This document shows positions 58,256 to 64,000 of a stretch of DNA of 64,000 nt, piece by piece. Positions within the stretch are counted from its first letter, which is position 1; each line of letters starts with the position of its first letter. The notes beneath the pieces are model-generated. The model was not told the origin of the DNA. It worked only from the letters and a program-made list of their open reading frames with translations, and did not search any database. The stretch covers positions 3,066-67,065 of the forward strand of contig CAYQNA010000005.1 in the NCBI GenBank assembly GCA_964418775.1, written 5' to 3'. The DNA comes from an uncultured Gammaproteobacteria bacterium. Lineage in GTDB: Bacteria; Patescibacteriota; Patescibacteriia; Magasanikbacterales; UBA922. The translations under genes and the position numbers were made by a program.

Positions 58256-59335
58256 ATGTTAACGTCAGACTTTGATTTTGAATTGCCTGCCGAAAGGATT
58301 GCACAGGCGCCGGTGGAGCCGCGCGACCATTCGCGTCTAATGGTCGTTGACCCAAAAAATAAAACCATTGCGCATAAACAATTTTTTGACCTCGTAAATT
58401 TTTTGCGTCCGGGTGATTTAATTGTGTGGAATAATTCCAAAGTGTTTAAGGCGCGTTTGTTTGGTCAATTAGTTTCGGCCACAGGCGAAGTGTTACGCGA
58501 CCATGCTAAGCCAGTGGAAATTTTTTTGGTCAGGCCAATGGAAAATTCCGGAGTGTGGAAAGTGCTCGCCAAGCCCGGCCGTCATGTACGTCCGGGTATG
58601 CGCGTCGTATTTGCGTCAGATTTTAGTTGCGAAGTGTTGGTCAAAGAAGCCGAGGGGACGATTTTAGTGCAGTTTGCGGATAGTGACGAAGTTGTGCGCG
58701 CGAAATCAAATCAGTATGGACTGATCCCGTTGCCACCGTATGTAAAAGACGAAAAGCATGAAATCGATGTGCAGTCTTACCAAACAGTGTATGCCAAAAC
58801 CGAGGGTTCGGTCGCTGCACCAACGGCTGGATTCCACTTTACACCTGAGTTAATTGAGAAAATAAAAGCCTTGGGTGTAGAATTTGCCGAAGTTACACTC
58901 CATGTCGGTTTGGGGACTTTTTTGCCGGTTAAGGCAGAACGCGTGACTGACCACACCATGCACAGCGAGGTTGTCCAGATTACACCCGAAACCGCGGCTG
59001 CGATTAATCGCGCCAAAGCTGAGGGGCGTCGGGTCATTGCCGTGGGCACGACCACAGTCCGCACACTCGAGGGGGTGGCCCACTTTAATAATGGCGAACT
59101 CGTGGCTTACCATGGGGACCTGAACATTTTCATTACCCCAGGCTTTCAGTTCTGCGTTATTGACGCCCTCGTGACCAATTTTCACCTCCCCAAGTCCACC
59201 CTTCTTATGTTGGTCTCGGCTTTTGTAGGCGATACTGCCTTCACACTCGACTGCTATCGTCAGGCCGTGGTCCAGGAATACCGCTTTTACAGCTTTGGCG
59301 ACGCGATGTTTATATCCCCAGGCAGTCTGGACTAA
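58256..59335 (+). CDS. queA: S-adenosylmethionine:tRNA ribosyltransferase-isomerase
   Basis: 359 aa; MLTSDFDFELP N-terminus and conserved QueA core. Confidence 0.9.
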   Translation: MLTSDFDFELPAERIAQAPVEPRDHSRLMVVDPKNKTIAHKQFFDLVNFLRPGDLIVWNNSKVFKARLFGQLVSATGEVLRDHAKPVEIFLVRPMENSGVWKVLAKPGRHVRPGMRVVFASDFSCEVLVKEAEGTILVQFADSDEVVRAKSNQYGLIPLPPYVKDEKHEIDVQSYQTVYAKTEGSVAAPTAGFHFTPELIEKIKALGVEFAEVTLHVGLGTFLPVKAERVTDHTMHSEVVQITPETAAAINRAKAEGRRVIAVGTTTVRTLEGVAHFNNGELVAYHGDLNIFITPGFQFCVIDALVTNFHLPKSTLLMLVSAFVGDTAFTLDCYRQAVVQEYRFYSFGDAMFISPGSLD

Positions 59336-59384
59336 AAAGGCCCCTTGTGCTAGGGTTAGTGTAGAGGAGTTAACTCTTAAGTAT

Positions 59385-60335
59385 ATGCTTATGAAGAAAT
59401 ATTTGGCTTTTGGTGCAGCCGTTGTGGTGGCTCTAGGTGGACCACTTCTGGCTCGCGCTGTAACACTCAACGTAAACACGAGTAATGATGTCTCGGTAGC
59501 CAACTGTGAACAAGTTGGTTCAGACATTCGCATTCGCCGCTCAGCCGGCGACCAGTCTAGTATTTTGACAAGCGCCTGCCGCGATGCTGGGCATGGTCTA
59601 CGTCAGTACACTATGACCTGTGTTTCGCCAACAAAGTACCGTGTGTCCTGGACAGACTGTAGCACACCAACTCCGGCTCCAGCCGACACTCAGGCGCCAA
59701 CCGTAACTGTTTCGGCCAATGCTGTGGCTAGTTCGCTCAATGGTTCTTGGTATAAATATGATGTAACTGTTTCGGCCCAGGACTCGGTCAGCAATATCAA
59801 GGGTGTTGAGGTGACGGTAAAAGGTCCAGATAATCAGGTTGTGCAGAGTTGGTGGGTAGACGGTCGCAACGCTGCCTCGAATGGTTCGTTTGGTACCAAA
59901 TCTATCACACGTTCGGTAACTCGCGGGTGGCTCCAAACCAACAAACAGTACACAATTACTGCCAAGGCTTATGATGCGGCTAGCAATAGTGCCACAAGTG
60001 CTGCCACTACAGTGTACCTATCTGGTGACACAGTGGCCCCTACAATTGGGGTCGACGTGACTTATAATGCCCAGTGGTACCCTGGCAACAGTGCCAAACG
60101 TATGGTCCCAACCTTGGTTGTTCGTGCCAATGACAACCAGCGTGTTAGCAAAATTACCATCTACTACAACAACATTGGCCTTAGCGAGGGTTATGGTGAG
60201 CTTCGTACCTGTAATGTAAGTGGTACAAGCGCTGCTTGCAGCCACACCTTTAGCGACATGACTCGTGGCAATTTCTATGCCACGGCCTGGGACGAGGCTG
60301 GTAATGCTGTAAGTTCGTACAAAATCGCGTTCTAA
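59385..60335 (+). CDS. Secreted protein with the shared N-domain plus Ig-like repeats
   Basis: ORF track 59295; ATG 59385 MLMKKYLAFGAAVVVALGG; N-domain ends ACRDAGHGLRQYTMTC...YRVSWTDC, then TPTPAPADT linker. Confidence 0.5.
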   Translation: MLMKKYLAFGAAVVVALGGPLLARAVTLNVNTSNDVSVANCEQVGSDIRIRRSAGDQSSILTSACRDAGHGLRQYTMTCVSPTKYRVSWTDCSTPTPAPADTQAPTVTVSANAVASSLNGSWYKYDVTVSAQDSVSNIKGVEVTVKGPDNQVVQSWWVDGRNAASNGSFGTKSITRSVTRGWLQTNKQYTITAKAYDAASNSATSAATTVYLSGDTVAPTIGVDVTYNAQWYPGNSAKRMVPTLVVRANDNQRVSKITIYYNNIGLSEGYGELRTCNVSGTSAACSHTFSDMTRGNFYATAWDEAGNAVSSYKIAF

Positions 60336-60345
60336 GACAAAAACA

Positions 60346-60378
60346 AAAGGCCGGCCCTATGGGGCTGGTCTTTTTTTT
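60346..60378 (+). terminator. Rho-independent terminator
   Basis: GC hairpin ggccggccc tat ggggctggtc + T8. Confidence 0.5.
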
Positions 60379-60394
60379 GTTACAATGGGTGCAT

Positions 60395-61495
60395 ATGAAA
60401 ATTGGGATTGATTGTCGCATGCTGGGACCAGAACAGGGCGGTCTAGGCCGGTATGTTGAACAGCTCGTAAAACACCTTGGCCAGATTGACCAGCGCAATG
60501 AGTATGTGTTGTTTTTGCGACGCGATAATTTTGAGCAGGTGTTAGTAAGTGGTTTTAGGGCAATTAAAGTTCTGGCTGATATACCCTGGTACAGTTTGCG
60601 TGAACAGACTGAGTGGCCGGCGGTCATTGCAGCGCAAAAAGTAGACCTAATGCATTTTCCGCACTGGAATATTCCATTGCGCTACCACGGGCGGTTTGTG
60701 GTCACGATTCATGACCTAATTATGTATCATTATCCACGGCCAGAGGCTACAACATTGGGGCCAGTGGGGTATTGGTTCAAGGATAAAGTTGCGCGCTATG
60801 TGACCAAGCAGGCTGCGCTTCGGGCGGTCCATATTTTAACCACGAGCGAATTTACTAAACGCGACCTAATTCAAACTTTGGGCGTGCCGCACGACAAAAT
60901 AACCATCACTTACCAAGCTCCGACTGCTTTACCTGTGCCATCACCGAGCGCGGTAACGAGCCAGTCCCCGTACGCGCTCTACGTGGGGAGTGCCTATCCA
61001 CACAAAAATCTGGAAACTTTGGCGCGCGCCTGGTCTGAAGTAAATAGTCAAACTAACGGGCGATTTCGCCTGGTTTTAATTGGTGCGCCCAGTGTGTTTT
61101 ACGACCGATTAGAACAGATAATTGCAACCGAACAAATCCCCCATATTATTCGTGTGAATCACCAGTCTGATGCCGCACTTGCTGCCTGGTACAAACAGGC
61201 CAGCGCCTATGTTTTCCCCAGTTTGTACGAAGGGTTTGGTTTGCCACCGCTCGAAGCCATGCAATCGGGAGTGCCAATTGTGGCGTCCGATGCCTCGTGT
61301 TTACCCGAAGTGCTTGGTTCCGCCGCGGCGTACTTCGACCCAACTGCACCTGATGATATTGCCCGCGCCTTATTACGTGTTTTGACTGAAAAAACTGTAG
61401 CTACCGCCTTAACTGACTTGGGTCAAAAGCAGCTGGCGCGCTACTCGTGGGAAAAACTCGCCCACCAAACGCTCGCTGTGTACGAACAAAACTAA
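60395..61495 (+). CDS. Glycosyltransferase family 4
   Basis: ATG 60395; EGFGLPPLEAMQSGVPIVASD Glycos_transf_1 motif. Confidence 0.8.
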   Translation: MKIGIDCRMLGPEQGGLGRYVEQLVKHLGQIDQRNEYVLFLRRDNFEQVLVSGFRAIKVLADIPWYSLREQTEWPAVIAAQKVDLMHFPHWNIPLRYHGRFVVTIHDLIMYHYPRPEATTLGPVGYWFKDKVARYVTKQAALRAVHILTTSEFTKRDLIQTLGVPHDKITITYQAPTALPVPSPSAVTSQSPYALYVGSAYPHKNLETLARAWSEVNSQTNGRFRLVLIGAPSVFYDRLEQIIATEQIPHIIRVNHQSDAALAAWYKQASAYVFPSLYEGFGLPPLEAMQSGVPIVASDASCLPEVLGSAAAYFDPTAPDDIARALLRVLTEKTVATALTDLGQKQLARYSWEKLAHQTLAVYEQN

Positions 61496-61529
61496 ATTGT
61501 GATATACTAAGCGCATTATTTCTGCGTGC

Positions 61530-63863
61530 ATGCCTGCAAATTCGTCGGACAATCGTTGTGCGTGGTGCCACGCGCCTGGACACATGGAGCCAATGTGCCC
61601 GTATCGCCGTCGCCGTTCTTCGCCATACGTACCTGTAAAAGCAGGCACGAGTCGTTTGTCGCCCCATGTGGTGGAATTAGCCAAGCCGCAGACGGACTGG
61701 TCTAACGAGGTGCCTGTGTACCAAAACCAGCATCGTCCAGTACAGAGACAGGTTGCTGACCTGGCCGCAATTGTACACGAAGCCAATCAGAAACAGGCTC
61801 AAACTCCTGATGAACCGATTTCTATTCCAATTGCTGCCAAACCACGCCGAGCTAAGCGTGAATGGAAGCAATCACTCAGTTTAAAAAAATTCGCACTCAC
61901 CACGGCTGCGCTTGCGCTGTTAATTGGCTTGCCATACCCAACCGTTGGCTATGTGCAAAAGCTCAAAGCTGACGCGAACCGTGTGGTCGAGGAAAGCACG
62001 AACGCGTTTTTGTCGCTTCAATCATCGACCATGGCTGCACTCCACACGGATTTGCCCCAGGCCCAACATGATTTAAACGCCGCGCTCCAGTCATTTGGTC
62101 AAGCTGAACAAATTTTGGAAAAAGAACACCGCGCCCTAGTGTATGTGGGAAGTTTGTTACCTGTTGTTGGTCCGCAAGTTCGCAGCCGTCAGCATCTATT
62201 GGCGGCTGGTCATGAAGTTGCGCTAGGTAATGCGTATTTGGTCAAGGGTATCGAAGCTGCGACCGCCACTAACACGCCATTTGCCGTGGATCGCATTGCA
62301 ATTATGCGTAACCATATTCGCGGGGCTGTGCCGCAATATCAGCGTGCGCTCGACGAATTAGACCAGGTTGACCCAGCTGCATTGCCGGCCGAATATCAGC
62401 AATCGTTCACGGATTTCAAGCGATTGTACAGCTCGTTCACGAGCGACATGCAGTCCTTAGCATCGGTACTTGGTGGCCTCGAAACCATGCTCGGCAGTAA
62501 TGACTTGCGTCGTTATTTGGTCCTATTTCAAAACAACCACGAGGCTCGTCCGACTGGTGGTTTTGTGGGTAGTTTTGCTGTACTCGACTTGCAAAAAGGC
62601 GCGATTAAAAATATTGATCTTCCACCAGGTGGCACATACGATGTGCAGGGTCAGCTCGACACGTATGTAAAACCACCATTGCCACTCCAGTTAATTAATT
62701 ATCGTTGGGAATTCCAAGACGGTAACTGGTTCCCGGATTTTCCGGCCAGTGCGCAAAAAATGGCCTGGTTTTACCAGCACAGCCGCGGCGCCACAGTTGA
62801 TGGTGTAATTGCCGTAAATGCAACTGTTCTCGAACGAGTACTAAAAGTACTCGGGCCGGTTGATAGTCAGAAATTCGGTATTTCTGTGGATGCAGACAAA
62901 GGTTTGGCCGTGCTCCAGGACTATGTTGAGAGTGGTTATGATAAAACTACCAACCAACCAAAAGCCGTACTTGCCGATATTTTGGCAAACTTAATTGCGA
63001 GTGTGCAGCAAATTGGCCCGCAACAGATTTTGTCACTCGTAACTGAACTCAATACCGCCTTGCAACAAAAAGAAGTCCAGGTGTATATGCGTGATGTCAC
63101 GGTGCAGACTCAGTGGAAACAATTTGGTTGGACTGGCGAAGTCGCCAAATCTGCGCCAGGCCAGGATTACCTTATGATTGTGAATGCCAATGTTGGTGGC
63201 GGAAAAACTGATATGCGCGTCGTCCAAACCATGGAGCACGAGGCAGCGGTTCAGGCTGATGGCAGTGTTATTGGGACCGCGATTATCCGTCGCCAGCATA
63301 CAGGCCAGCCAGGTGAACAATATTATGGTGGTGACAACATTAATTATGTACGCGCCTATGTGCCCGAAGGTGCGGAATTGCTCGACGCCGGCGGCTTTGT
63401 GTATCCAGCCGAGGAATCATTTTTGGTTCCAGAAAAATGGTACAAAGACGACCCGGATTTGCAGACCAATGAAAAAGAATTAGGTGTGCATGTAGGGAGC
63501 GGCACGCGCATTACGAATGAATTTGGCAAAACCGTGTTTGGCAATTGGATTGTAACCAAAGCTGGCGAAACTTCAGAAATTTGGTTCAAATATAAATTGC
63601 CATTTAAAGTTTTGGGCCCACAAAAAATTGCGGCCAATGCGACAGATACACTTGGTAATGGTGATGATGTTTCGCGTTATAGTCTGCTATGGCAAAAACA
63701 ATCAGGCAGCGAGCCAACCGTGCATACGCAGGTTTTGTACCCAAGTGGCTGGCGCCCAGTCTGGCGTGTGAACGAGGCGATTGAGCTCCGCGCCAATGGC
63801 GCCACATACAAAGGAAAACTCGATACTGACCATGTGGTTGGCGTAGTTATGAAACGATTCTAA
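61530..63863 (+). CDS. Large membrane-anchored extracellular protein (hypothetical; start uncertain)
   Basis: 777 aa; Cys/His/Arg-rich cytoplasmic N-term, TM helix (FALTTAALALLIGL), large extracellular domain. Confidence 0.45.
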   Translation: MPANSSDNRCAWCHAPGHMEPMCPYRRRRSSPYVPVKAGTSRLSPHVVELAKPQTDWSNEVPVYQNQHRPVQRQVADLAAIVHEANQKQAQTPDEPISIPIAAKPRRAKREWKQSLSLKKFALTTAALALLIGLPYPTVGYVQKLKADANRVVEESTNAFLSLQSSTMAALHTDLPQAQHDLNAALQSFGQAEQILEKEHRALVYVGSLLPVVGPQVRSRQHLLAAGHEVALGNAYLVKGIEAATATNTPFAVDRIAIMRNHIRGAVPQYQRALDELDQVDPAALPAEYQQSFTDFKRLYSSFTSDMQSLASVLGGLETMLGSNDLRRYLVLFQNNHEARPTGGFVGSFAVLDLQKGAIKNIDLPPGGTYDVQGQLDTYVKPPLPLQLINYRWEFQDGNWFPDFPASAQKMAWFYQHSRGATVDGVIAVNATVLERVLKVLGPVDSQKFGISVDADKGLAVLQDYVESGYDKTTNQPKAVLADILANLIASVQQIGPQQILSLVTELNTALQQKEVQVYMRDVTVQTQWKQFGWTGEVAKSAPGQDYLMIVNANVGGGKTDMRVVQTMEHEAAVQADGSVIGTAIIRRQHTGQPGEQYYGGDNINYVRAYVPEGAELLDAGGFVYPAEESFLVPEKWYKDDPDLQTNEKELGVHVGSGTRITNEFGKTVFGNWIVTKAGETSEIWFKYKLPFKVLGPQKIAANATDTLGNGDDVSRYSLLWQKQSGSEPTVHTQVLYPSGWRPVWRVNEAIELRANGATYKGKLDTDHVVGVVMKRF

Positions 63864-63865
63864 TA

Positions 63866-64000
63866 TGCCAAAGCCTGTCGCCCCGCGTTTCCAGCATAAA
63901 CGGCTGGGTAAGAAAAAAGCAGAGGCCGTGGTCCCAGATGACTCTGCACTATCCGAAAATTTGCAAAAAATTTATGCAAACAGCGACGGTACTATGCCAG
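63866..64000 (+). CDS. 5' fragment of a further ORF running off the window
   Basis: ATG 63866 MPKPVAPRFQHKRLGKKK... open to the window end. Confidence 0.3.

Overview
This 64 kb window is a gene-dense, mostly plus-strand stretch of a small-genome bacterium with roughly 45-48% GC and the standard genetic code, since RF2 is present. On gene content it looks like a Gram-positive-type or CPR/Patescibacteria organism, which is an inference.

The window carries:
- core housekeeping genes: fba (class I), glmS, uvrA, gmk, rplS, secG, rnj, trpS, nusA, yidC, groES/groEL, prfB, queA, mltG and two RluA-family pseudouridine synthases;
- a UDP-GlcNAc/sugar cluster: a TrmB regulator, HAD phosphatases, a GlmU N-domain-only protein, glmS and a YvcK-like protein;
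- three adjacent genes that look like a citryl-CoA synthetase/citryl-CoA lyase citrate-cleavage module: SucC-like, SucD-like and a 247-aa citrate-synthase-family protein;
- three canonical tRNAs (Arg-CCG, Ile-UAU, Leu-CAG) plus one atypical tRNA-like gene embedded in an inverted repeat;
- cell-envelope glycan genes: PAP2, manC, GT4 and an O-antigen-ligase-like protein.

The most striking locus is at about 31.2-39.0 kb, a zinc-starvation regulon. A 19-bp palindrome (AATGCAACTAAGTTGCATT) occurs five times over promoters. Those promoters precede (i) a secreted protein made of four His/Cys-rich repeats (CSGHGWVHGDHCHCDAGYY), (ii) a GC-rich, clearly foreign Cys/Asp-rich lipoprotein gene, (iii) a Fur-family regulator (Zur), and (iv) znuA-znuC-(YibE/F-like)-znuB.

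Other anomalies:
- a second GC-rich insert at 46.1-46.7 kb;
- a membrane-anchored Clp ATPase with only the D1 ring;
- an EndoQ-like PHP nuclease;
- a Lys/Ala-repeat H1-like protein;
- a Cys-rich secreted protein with a VirB2/TrbC-like hairpin next to a DsbA-like oxidoreductase.

No CRISPR array, rRNA or obvious transposase was seen.

All functional calls rest on motif recognition by eye; no database searches were run.
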